Assembly: GCF_009914755.1 (NCBI RefSeq)
Contig: NC_060943.1
Source: the human T2T-CHM13v2.0 reference genome, Homo sapiens
Direction: 5' to 3' (one strand)
DNA length: 64,000 bases
The notes below the pieces were generated by a model, which saw only the letters and a list, made by a program, of their open reading frames with translations, searched no databases and was not told where the DNA came from. Positions 1-10,900 of this stretch are shown here, piece after piece. Made by a program: the position numbers and the translations under genes. Within the stretch, counting starts at the first letter, position 1; each line of letters opens with the position of its first letter.

Positions 1-2
1 AT

Positions 3-171
3 GATTCTCAGAAACTCCTTTGTGATGTGTGCGTTCAACTCACAGAGTTCAACCTTTCTTTTCATAGAGCAGTTGGGAAACACTCTGTTTGTAAAGTCTG
101 CAAGTGGATATTCAGACTTCTTTGAGGCCTTCGTTGGAAGCGGGATTTCTTCATATTCTGCTAGACAGAAG
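3..171 (+). repeat. Representative B-type (CENP-B box) alphoid monomer, 169 bp; repeats every 340 bp
   Basis: GATTCTCAG at 3 aligns with AATTCTCAG at 172 (offset 169), and the monomer contains the CENP-B box at 129-145. The monomer start phase is arbitrary. Confidence 0.9.
129..145 (+). promoter_or_regulatory. CENP-B box (first of 188 positions, at 129+340k..145+340k)
   Basis: CTTCGTTGGAAGCGGGA matches YTTCGTTGGAARCGGGA with the core nTTCGnnnnAnnCGGGn intact. By eye about 179 of 188 copies keep the core. Confidence 0.97.
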
Positions 172-202
172 AATTCTCAGTAACTGCCTTGTGTTGTGTG
201 TA

Positions 203-221
203 TTCAACTCACAGAGTTGAA
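203..221. repeat. Perfect 8-bp inverted repeat with 3-nt spacer in each A monomer
   Basis: TTCAACTC-ACA-GAGTTGAA; the arms are exact reverse complements. The B-monomer homologue at 33-53 has one mismatch at position 50. Confidence 0.9.
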
Positions 222-297
222 CGATCCTTTACACAGAGCAGACTTGAAACACTCTTTTTGTGGAATTTGCAAGTGGAGATTTCAGCCGCTTTGAGGT

Positions 298-314
298 CAA
301 TGGTAGAATAGGAA
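298..314 (+). promoter_or_regulatory. pJalpha-box-like site of the A monomer (repeats every 340 bp)
   Basis: CAATGGTAGAATAGGAA lies exactly 169 bp after the CENP-B box and has about 3 mismatches to the pJalpha consensus CTAYGGTGRAAAAGGAA as recalled. Confidence 0.65.
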
Positions 315-3300
315 ATATCTTCCTATAGAAACTAGACAGAATGATTCTCAGAAACTCCTTTGTGATGTGTGCGTTCAACTCACAGAGTTTACCCTTTCTT
401 TTCATAGAGCAGTTAGGAAACACTCTGTTTGTAAAGTCTGCAAGTGGATATTCAGACATCCTTGAGGCTTTCGTTGGAAACGGGATTTCTTCATATTCTG
501 CTAGAAAGAAGAATTCTCAGTAACTTCCTTGTGTTGTGTGTATTCAACTCACAGAGTTGAACGATCCTTTACACAGAGCAGACTTGAAACACTCTTTTTG
601 TGGAATTTGCAAGTGGAGATTTCAGCCGCTTTGAGGTCAATGGTAGAATAGGAAATATCTTCCTATAGAAACTAGACAGAATGATTCTCAGAAACTCCTT
701 TGTGATGTGTGCGTTCAACTCACAGAGTTCAACCTTTCTTTTCATAGAGCAGTTGGGAAACACTCTGTTTGTAAAGTCTGCAAGTGGATATTCAGACTTC
801 TTTGAGGCCTTCGTTGGAAGCGGGATTTCTTCATGTTCTGCTAGACAGAAGAATTCTCAGTAACTGCCTTGTGTTGTGTGTATTCAACTCACAGAGTTGA
901 ACGATTCTTTACACAGAGCAGACTTGAAACACTCCTTTTGTGGAATTTGCAAGTTGAGATTTCAGCCGCTTTGAGGTCAATGGTAGAATAGGAAATATCT
1001 TCCTATAGAAAGTAGACAGAATGATTCTCAGAAACTCCTTTGTGATGTGTGCGTTCAACTCACAGAGTTTAACCTTTCTTTTCATAGAGCAGTTAGGAAA
1101 CACTCTGTTTGTAAAGTCTGCAAGTGGATATTCAGACATCCTTGAGGCTTTCGTTGGAAACGGGATTTCTTCATATTCTGCTAGAAAGAAGAATTCTCAG
1201 TAACTTCCTTGTGTTGTGTGTATTCAACTCACAGAGTTGAACGATCCTTTACACAGAGCAGACTTGAAACACTCTTTTTGTGGAATTTGCAAGTGGAGAT
1301 TTCAGCCGCTTTGAGGTCAATGGTAGAATAGGAAATATCTTCCTATAGAAAGTAGACAGAATGATTCTCAGAAACTCCTTTGTGATGTGTGCGTTCAACT
1401 CACAGAGTTTAACCTTTCTTTTCATAGAGCAGTTGGGAAACACTCTGTTTGTAAAGTCTGCAAGTGGATATTCAGACATCCTTGAGGCTTTCGTTGTAAA
1501 CGGGATTTCTTCATATTCTGCTAGAAAGAAGAATTCTCAGTAACTTCCTTGTGTTGTGTGTATTCAACTCACAGAGTTGAACGATCCTTTACACAGAGCA
1601 GACTTGAAACACTCTTTTTGTGGAATTTGCAAGTGGAGATTTCAGCCGCTTTGAGTTCAATGGTAGAATAGGAAATATCTTCCTATAGAAACTAGACAGA
1701 ATGATTCTCAGAAACTCCTTTGTGATGTGTGCGTTCAACTCACAGAGTTTAACCTCTCTTTTCATAGAGCAGTTGGGAAACACTCTGTTTGTAAAGTCTG
1801 CAAGTGGATATTCAGACTTCTTTGAGGCCTTCGTTGGAAGCGGGATTTCTTCATGTTCTGCTAGACAGAAGAATTCTCAGAAACTTCCTTGTGTTGTGTG
1901 TTTTCAACTCACAGAGTTGAACGATCCTTTACACAGAGCAGACTTGAAACACTCCTTTTGTGGAATTTGCACGTGGAGATTTCAGCCGCTTTGAGGTCAA
2001 TGGTAGAATAGGAAATATCTTCCTATAGAAAGTAGACAGAATGATTCTCAGAAACTCCTTTGTGATGTGTGCGTTCAACTCACAGAGTTTAACCTTTCTT
2101 TTCATAGAGCAGTTAGGAAACACTCTGTTTGTAAAGTCTGCAAGTGGATATTCAGACCTCCTTGAGGCCTTCGTTGGAAACGGGATTTTTTCATATTATG
2201 CTAGACAGAAGAATTCTCAGTAACTTCCTTGTGTTGTGTGTATTCAACTCACAGAGTTGAACGATCCTTTACACAGAGCAGACTTGAAACACTCTTTTTG
2301 TGGAATTTGCAAGTGGAGATTTCAGCCGCTTTGAGTTCAATGGTAGAATAGGAAATATCTTCCTATAGAAACTAGACAGAATGATTCTCAGAAACTCCTT
2401 TGTGATGTGTGCGTTCAACTCACAGAGTTCAACCTTTCTTTTCATAGAGCAGTTGGGAAACACTCTGTTTGTAAAGTCTGCAAGTGGATATTCAGACTTC
2501 TTTGAGGCCTTCGTTGGAAGCGGGATTTCTTCATATTCTGCTAGACAGAAGAATTCTCGGTAACTTCCTTGTGTTGTGTGTATTCAACTCACAGAGTTGA
2601 AAGATCCTTTACACAGAGCAGACTTGAAACACTCTTTTTGTGGAATTTGCATGTGGAGATTTCAGCCGCTTTGAGGTCAATGGTAGAATTGGAAATATCT
2701 TCCTATAGAAACTAGACAGAATGATTCTCAGAAACTCCTTTGTGATGTGTGCGTTCAACTCACAGAGTTTAACCTTTCTTTTCATAGAGCAGTTAGGAAA
2801 CACTCTGTTTGTAAAGTCTGCAAGTGGATATTCAGACCTCCTTGAGGCCTTCGTTGGAAACGGGATTTCTTCATATTATGCTAGACAGAAGAATTCTCAG
2901 TAACTTCCTTGTGTTGTGTGTATTCAACTCACAGAGTTGAACGATCCTTTACACAGAGCAGACTTGAAACACTCTTTTTGTGGAATTTGCAAGTGGAGAT
3001 TTCAGCCGCTTTGAGGTCAATGGTAGAATAGGAAATATCTTCCTATAGAAACTAGACAGAATGATTCTCAGAAACTCCTTTGTGATGTGTGCGTTCAACT
3101 CACAGAGTTCAACCTTTCTTTTCATAGAGCAGTTGGGAAACACTCTGTTTGTAAAGTCTGCAAGTGGATATTCAGACTTCTTTGAGGCCTTCGTTGGAAG
3201 CGGGATTTCTTCATATTCTGCTAGACAGAAGAATTCTCAGTAACTGCCTTGTGTTGTGTGTATTCAACTCACAGAGTTGAACGATCCTTTACACAGAGCA

Positions 3301-4926
3301 GACTTGAAACACTCTTTTTGTGGAATTTGCAAGTGGAGATTTCAGCCGCTTTGAGGTCAATGGTAGAATAGGAAATATCTTCCTATAGAAACTAGACAGA
3401 ATGATTCTCAGAAACTCCTTTGTGATGTGTGCGTTCAACTCACAGAGTTTACCCTTTCTTTTCATAGAGCAGTTAGGAAACACTCTGTTTGTAATGTCTG
3501 CAAGTGGATATTCAGACATCCTTGAGGCTTTCGTTGGAAACGGGATTTCTTCATATTCTGCCAGAAAGAAGAATTCTCAGTAACTTCCTTGTGTTGTGTG
3601 TATTCAACTCACAGAGTTGAACGATCCTTTACACAGAGCAGACTTGAAACACTCTTTTTGTGGAATTTGCAAGTGGAGATTTCAGCCGCTTTGAGTTCAA
3701 TGGTAGAATAGGAAATATCTTCCTATAGAAACTAGACAGAATGATTCTCAGAAACTCCTTTGTGATGTGTGCGTTCAACTCACAGAGTTCAACCTTTCTT
3801 TTCATAGAGCAGTTGGGAAACACTCTGTTTGTAAAGTCTGCAAGTGGATATTCAGACTTCTTTGAGGCCTTCGTTGGAAGCGGGATTTCTTCATGTTCTG
3901 CTAGACAGAAGAATTCTCAGAAACTTCCTTGTGTTGTGTGTTTTCAACTCACAGAGTTGAACGATCCTTTACACAGAGCAGACTTGAAACACTCCTTTTG
4001 TGGAATTTGCAAGTGGAGATTTCAGCCGCTTTGAGGTCAATGGTAGAATAGGAAATATCTTCCTATAGAAAGTAGACAGAATGATTCTCAGAAACTCCTT
4101 TGTGATGTGTGCGTTCAACTCACAGAGTTTAACCTTTCTTTTCATAGAGCAGTTAGGAAACACTCTGTTTGTAAAGTCTGCAAGTGGATATTCAGACCTC
4201 CTTGAGGCCTTCGTTGGAAACGGGATTTCTTCATATTATGCTAGACAGAAGAATTCTCAGTAACTTCCTTGTGTTGTGTGTATTCAACTCACAGAGTTGA
4301 ACGATCCTTTACACAGAGCAGACTTGAAACACTCTTTTTGTGGAATTTGCAAGTGGAGATTTCAGCCGCTTTGAGTTCAATGGTAGAATAGGAAATATCT
4401 TCCTATAGAAACTAGACAGAATGATTCTCAGAAACTCCTTTGTGATGTGTGCGTTCAACTCACAGAGTTCAACCTTTCTTTTCATAGAGCAGTTGGGAAA
4501 CACTCTGTTTGTAAAGTCTGCAAGTGGATATTCAGACTTCTTTGAGGCCTTCGTTGGAAGCGGGATTTCTTCATATTCTGCTAGACAGAAGAATTCTCAG
4601 TAACTGCCTTGTGTTGTGTGTATTCAACTCACAGAGTTGAACGATCCTTTACACAGAGCAGACTTGAAACACTCTTTTTGTGGAATTTGCAAGTGGAGAT
4701 TTCAGCCGCTTTGAGGTCAATGGTAGAATAGGAAATATCTTCCTATAGAAACTAGACAGAATGATTCTCAGAAACTCCTTTGTGATGTGTGCGTTCAACT
4801 CACAGAGTTTAACCTTTCTTTTCATAGAGCAGTTAGGAAATACTCTGTTTGTAAAGTCTGCAAGTGGATATTCAGACCTCCTTGAGGCCTTCGTTGGAAA
4901 CGGGATTTCTTCATATTATGCTAGAC

Positions 4927-7900
4927 AGAAGAATTCTCAGTAACTTCCTTGTGTTGTGTGTATTCAACTCACAGAGTTGAACGATCCTTTACACAGAGCA
5001 GACTTGAAACACTCTTTTTGTGGAATTTGCAAGTGGAGATTTCAGCCGCTTTGAGGTCAATGGTAGAATAGGAAATATCTTCCTATAGAAACTAGACAGA
5101 ATGATTCTCAGAAACTCCTTTGTGATGTGTGCGTTCAACTCACAGAGTTCAACCTTTCTTTTCATAGAGCAGTTGGGAAACACTCTGTTTGTAAAGTCTG
5201 CAAGTGGACATTCAGACTTCTTTGAGGCCTTCGTTGGAAGCGGGATTTCTTCATATTCTGCTAGACAGAAGAATTCTCAGTAACTGCCTTGTGTTGTGTG
5301 TATTCAACTCACAGAGTTGAACGATCCTTTACACAGAGCAGACTTGAAACACTCTTTTTGTGGAATTTGCAAGTGGAGATTTCAGCCGCTTTGAGGTCAA
5401 TGGTAGAATAGGAAATATCTTCCTATAGAAACTAGACAGAATGATTCTCAGAAACTCCTTTGTGATGTGTGCGTTCAACTCACAGAGTTTACCCTTTCTT
5501 TTCATAGAGCAGTTAGGAAACACTCTGTTTGTAAAGTCTGCAAGTGGATATTCAGACATCCTTGAGGCATTCGTTGGAAACGGGATTTCTTCATATTCTG
5601 CCAGAAAGAAGAATTCTCAGTAACTTCCTTGTGTTGTGTGTATTCAACTCACAGAGTTGAACGATCCTTTACACAGAGCAGACTTGAAACACTCTTTTTG
5701 TGGAATTTGCAAGTGGAGATTTCAGCCGCTTTGAGGTCAATGGTAGAATAGGAAATATCTTCCTATAGAAACTAGACAGAATGATTCTCAGAAACTCCTT
5801 TGTGATGCGTGCGTTCAACTCACAGAGTTTAACCTTTCTTTTCATAGAGCAGTTAGGAAACACTCTGTTTGTAAAGTCTGCAAGTGGATATTCAGACATC
5901 CTTGAGGCTTTCGTTGGAAACGGGATTTCTTCATATTCTGCTAGAAAGAAGAATTCTCAGTAACTTCCTTGTGTTGTGTGTATTCAACTCACAGAGTTGA
6001 ACGATCCTTTACACAGAGCAGACTTGAAACACTCTTTTTGTGGAATTTGCAAGTGGAGATTTCAGCCGCTTTGAGGTCAATGGTAGAATAGGAAATATCT
6101 TCCTATAGAAACTAGACAGAATGATTCTCAGAAACTCCTTTGTGATGTGTGCGTTCAACTCACAGAGTTTAACCTTTCTTTTCATAGAGCAGTTGGGAAA
6201 CACTCTGTTTGTAAAGTCTGCAAGTGGATATTCAGACATCCTTGAGGCTTTCATTGGAAACGGGATTTCTTCATATTCTGCTAGAAAGAAGAATTCTCAG
6301 TAACTTCCTTGTGTTGTGTGTATTCAACTCACAGAGTTGAACGATCCTTTACACAGAGCAGACTTGAAACACTCTTTTTGTGGAATTTGCAAGTGGAGAT
6401 TTCAGCCGCTTTGAGGTCAATGGTAGAATAGGAAATATCTTCCTATAGAAACTAGACAGAATGATTCTCAGAAACTCCTTTGTGATGTGTGCGTTCAACT
6501 CACACAGTTTAACCTTTCTTTTCATAGAGCAGTTAGGAAACACTCTGTTTGTAAAGTCTGCAAGTGGATATTCAGACCTCCTTGAGGCCTTCGTTGGAAA
6601 CGGGATTTCTTCATATTATGCTAGACAGAAGAATTCTCAGGAACTTCCTTGTGTTGTGTGTATTCAACTCACAGAGTTGAACGATCCTTTACACAGAGCA
6701 GACTTGAAACACTCTTTTTGTGGAATTTGCAAGTGGAGATTTCAGCCGCTTTGAGTTCAATGGTAGAATAGGAAATATCTTCCTATAGAAAGTACACAGA
6801 ATGATTCTCAGAAACTGCTTTGTGATGTGTGCGTTCAACTCACAGAGTTCAACCTTTCTTTTCATAGAGCAGTTGGGAAACACTCTGTTTGTAAAGTCTG
6901 CAAGTGGATATTCAGACTTCTTTGAGGCCTTCGTTGGAAGCGGGATTTCTTCATATTCTGCTAGACAGAAGAATTCTCAGTAACTTCCTTGTGTTGTGTG
7001 TATTCAACTCACAGAGTTGAACGATCCTTTACACAGAGCAGACTTGAAACACTCTTTTTGTGGAATTTGCAAGTGGAGATTTCAGCCGCTTTGAGGTCAA
7101 TGGTAGAATAGGAAATATCTTCCTATAGAAACTAGACAGAATGATTCTCAGAAACTCCTTTGTGATGTGTGCGTTCAACTCACAGAGTTCAACCTTTCTT
7201 TTCATAGAGCAGTTGGGAAACACTCTGTTTGTAAAGTCTGCAAGTGGATATTCAGACTTCTTTGAGGCCTTCGTTGGAAGCGGGATTTCTTCATGTTCTG
7301 CTAGACAGAAGAATTCTCAGAAACTTCCTTGTGTTGTGTGTATTCAACTCACAGAGTTGAACGATCCTTTACACAGAGCAGACTTGAAACACTCTTTTTG
7401 TGGAATTTGCAAGTGGAGATTTCAGCCGCTTTGAGGTCAATGGTAGAATAGGAAATATCTTCCTATAGAAACTAGACAGAATGATTCTCAGAAACTCCTT
7501 TGTGATGTGTGCGTTCAACTCACACAGTTTAACCTTTCTTTTCATAGAGCAGTTAGGAAACACTCTGTTTGTAAAGTCTGCAAGTGGATATTCAGACCTC
7601 CTTGAGGCCTTCGTTGGAAACGGGATTTCTTCATATTATGCTAGACAGAAGAATTCTCAGTAACTGCCTTGTGTTGTGTGTATTCAACTCACAGAGTTGA
7701 ACGATCCTTTACACAGAGCAGACTTGAAACACTCTTTTTGTGGAATTTGCAAGTGGAGATTTCAGCCGCTTTGAGGTCAATGGTAGAATAGGAAATATCT
7801 TCCTATAGAAACTAGACAGAATGATTCTCAGAAACTCCTTTGTGATGTGTGCGTTCAACTCACAGAGTTTACCCTTTCTTTTCATAGAGCAGTTAGGAAA

Positions 7901-10900
7901 CACTCTGTTTGTAAAGTCTGCAAGTGGATATTCAGACATCCTTGAGGCTTTCGTTGGAAACGGGATTTCTTCATATTCTGCCAGAAAGAAGAATTCTCAG
8001 TAACTTCCTTGTGTTGTGTGTATTCAACTCACAGAGTTGAACGATCCTTTACACAGAGCAGACTTGAAACACTCTTTTTGTGGAATTTGCAAGTGGAGAT
8101 TTCAGCCGCTTTGAGGTCAATGGTAGAATAGGAAATATCTTCCTATAGAAACTAGACAGAATGATTCTCAGAAACTCCTTTGTGATGTGTGCGTTCAACT
8201 CACACAGTTTAACCTTTCTTTTTATAGAGCAGTTAGGAAACACTCTGTTTGTAAAGTCTGCAAGTGGATATTCAGACATCCTTGAGGCTTTCGTTGGAAA
8301 CGGGATTTCTTCATATTCTGCTAGAAAGAAGAATTCTCAGTAACTTCCTTGTGTTGTGTGTATTCAACTCACAGAGTTGAACGATCCTTTACACAGAGCA
8401 GACTTGAAACACTCTTTTTGTGGAATTTGCAAGTGGAGATTTCAGCCGCTTTGAGGTCAATGGTAGAATAGGAAATATCTTCCTATAGAAACTAGACAGA
8501 ATGATTCTCAGAAACTCCTTTGTGATGTGTGCGTTCAACTCACACAGTTTAACCTTTCTTTTCATAGAGCAGTTAGGAAACACTCTGTTTGTAAAGTCTG
8601 CAAGTGGATATTCAGACCTCCTTGAGGCCTTCGTTGGAAACGGGATTTCTTCATATTATGCTAGACAGAAGAATTCTCAGTAACTTCCTTGTGTTGTGTG
8701 TATTCAACTCACAGAGTTGAACGATCCTTTACACAGAGCAGACTTGAAACACTCTTTTTGTGGAATTTGCAAGTGGAGATTTCAGCCGCTTTGAGGTCAA
8801 TGGTAGAATAGGAAATATCTTCCTATAGAAACTAGACAGAATGATTCTCAGAAACTCCTTTGTGATGTGTGCGTTCAACTCACAGAGTTCAACCTTTCTT
8901 TTCATAGAGCAGTTGGGAAACACTCTGTTTGTAAAGTCTGCAAGTGGATATTCAGACTTCTTTGAGGCCTTCGTTGGAAGCGGGATTTCTTCATATTCTG
9001 CTAGACAGAAGAATTCTCAGTAACTGCCTTGTGTTGTGTTTATTCAACTCACAGAGTTGAACGATCCTTTACACAGAGCAGACTTGAAACACTCTTTTTG
9101 TGGAATTTGCAAGTGGAGATTTCAGCCGCTTTGAGGTCAATGGTAGAATAGGAAATATCTTCCTATAGAAACTAGACAGAATGATTCTCAGAAACTCCTT
9201 TGTGATGCGTGCGTTCAACTCACAGAGTTTAACCTTTCTTTTCATAGAGCAGTTAGGAAACACTCTGTTTGTAAAGTCTGCAAGTGGATATTCAGACATC
9301 CTTGAGGCTTTCGTTGGAAACGGGATTTCTTCATATTCTGCTAGAAAGAAGAATTCTCAGTAACTTCCTTGTGTTGTGTGTATTCAACTCACAGAGTTGA
9401 ACGATCCTTTACACAGAGCAGACTTGAAACACTCTTTTTGTGGAATTTGCAAGTGGAGATTTCAGCCGCTTTGAGGTCAATGGTAGAATAGGAAATATCT
9501 TCCTATAGAAACTAGACAGAATGATTCTCAGAAACTCCTTTGTGATGTGTGCGTTCAACTCACAGAGTTTAACCTTTCTTTTCATAGAGCAGTTGGGAAA
9601 CACTCTGTTTGTAAAGTCTGCAAGTGGATATTCAGACATCCTTGAGGCTTTCGTTGGAAACGGGATTTCTTCATATTCTGCTAGAAAGAAGAATTCTCAG
9701 TAACTTCCTTGTGTTGTGTGTATTCAACTCACAGAGTTGAACGATCCTTTACACAGAGCAGACTTGAAACACTCTTTTTGTGGAATTTGCAAGTGGAGAT
9801 TTCAGCCGCTTTGAGGTCAATGGTAGAATAGGAAATATCTTCCTATAGAAAGTAGACAGAATGATTCTCAGAAACTCCTTTGTGATGTGTGCGTTCAACT
9901 CACACAGTTTAACCTTTCTTTTCATAGAGCAGTTAGGAAACACTCTGTTTGTAAAGTCTGCAAGTGGATATTCAGACCTCCTTGAGGCCTTCGTTGGAAA
10001 CGGGATTTCTTCATATTATGCTAGACAGAAGAATTCTCAGGAACTTCCTTGTGTTGTGTGTATTCAACTCACAGAGTTGAACGATCCTTTACACAGAGCA
10101 GACTTGAAACACTCTTTTTGTGGAATTTGCAAGTGGAGATTTCAGCCGCTTTGAGTTCAATGGTAGAATAGGAAATATCTTCCTATAGAAAGTACACAGA
10201 ATGATTCTCAGAAACTGCTTTGTGATGTGTGCGTTCAACTCACAGAGTTCAACCTTTCTTTTCATAGAGCAGTTGGGAAACACTCTGTTTGTAAAGTCTG
10301 CAAGTGGATATTCAGACTTCTTTGAGGCCTTCGTTGGAAGCGGGATTTCTTCATATTCTGCTAGACAGAAGAATTCTCGGTAACTTCCTTGTGTTGTGTG
10401 TATTCAACTCACAGAGTTGAACGATCCTTTACACAGAGCAGACTTGAAACACTCTTTTTGTGGAATTTGCAAGTGGAGATTTCAGCCGCTTTGAGGTCAA
10501 TGGTAGAATAGGAAATATCTTCCTATAGAAACTAGACAGAATGATTCTCAGAAACTCCTTTGTGATGCGTGCGTTCAACTCACAGAGTTTAACCTTTCTT
10601 TTCATAGAGCAGTTAGGAAACACTCTGTTTGTAAAGTCTGCAAGTGGATATTCAGACATCCTTGAGGCTTTCGTTGGAAACGGGATTTCTTCATATTCTG
10701 CTAGAAAGAAGAATTCTCAGTAACTTCCTTGTGTTGTGTGTATTCAACTCACAGAGTTGAACGATCCTTTACACAGAGCAGACTTGAAACACTCTTTTTG
10801 TGGAATTTGCAAGTGGAGATTTCAGCCGCTTTGAGGTCAATGGTAGAATAGGAAATATCTTCCTATAGAAACTAGACAGAATGATTCTCAGAAACTCCTT

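Larger units (their letters stand above)
172..342 (+). repeat. Representative A-type (pJalpha-site) alphoid monomer, 171 bp; repeats every 340 bp
   Basis: Homologous to the preceding monomer but lacks the CENP-B box, carrying CAATGGTAGAATAGGAA at the equivalent position. 169+171=340. Confidence 0.9.

Noticed and set aside
321-330. TATA-like CCTATAGAA upstream of the repeated ATG as a promoter
   Set aside because: It is a weak match, part of the ordinary alphoid monomer, with no sequence evidence for promoter function.
1489-1505. GTTGTAAA box variant counted as an inactive CENP-B box
   Set aside because: The change is at box position 9, outside the nine core nucleotides, so loss of binding cannot be claimed.
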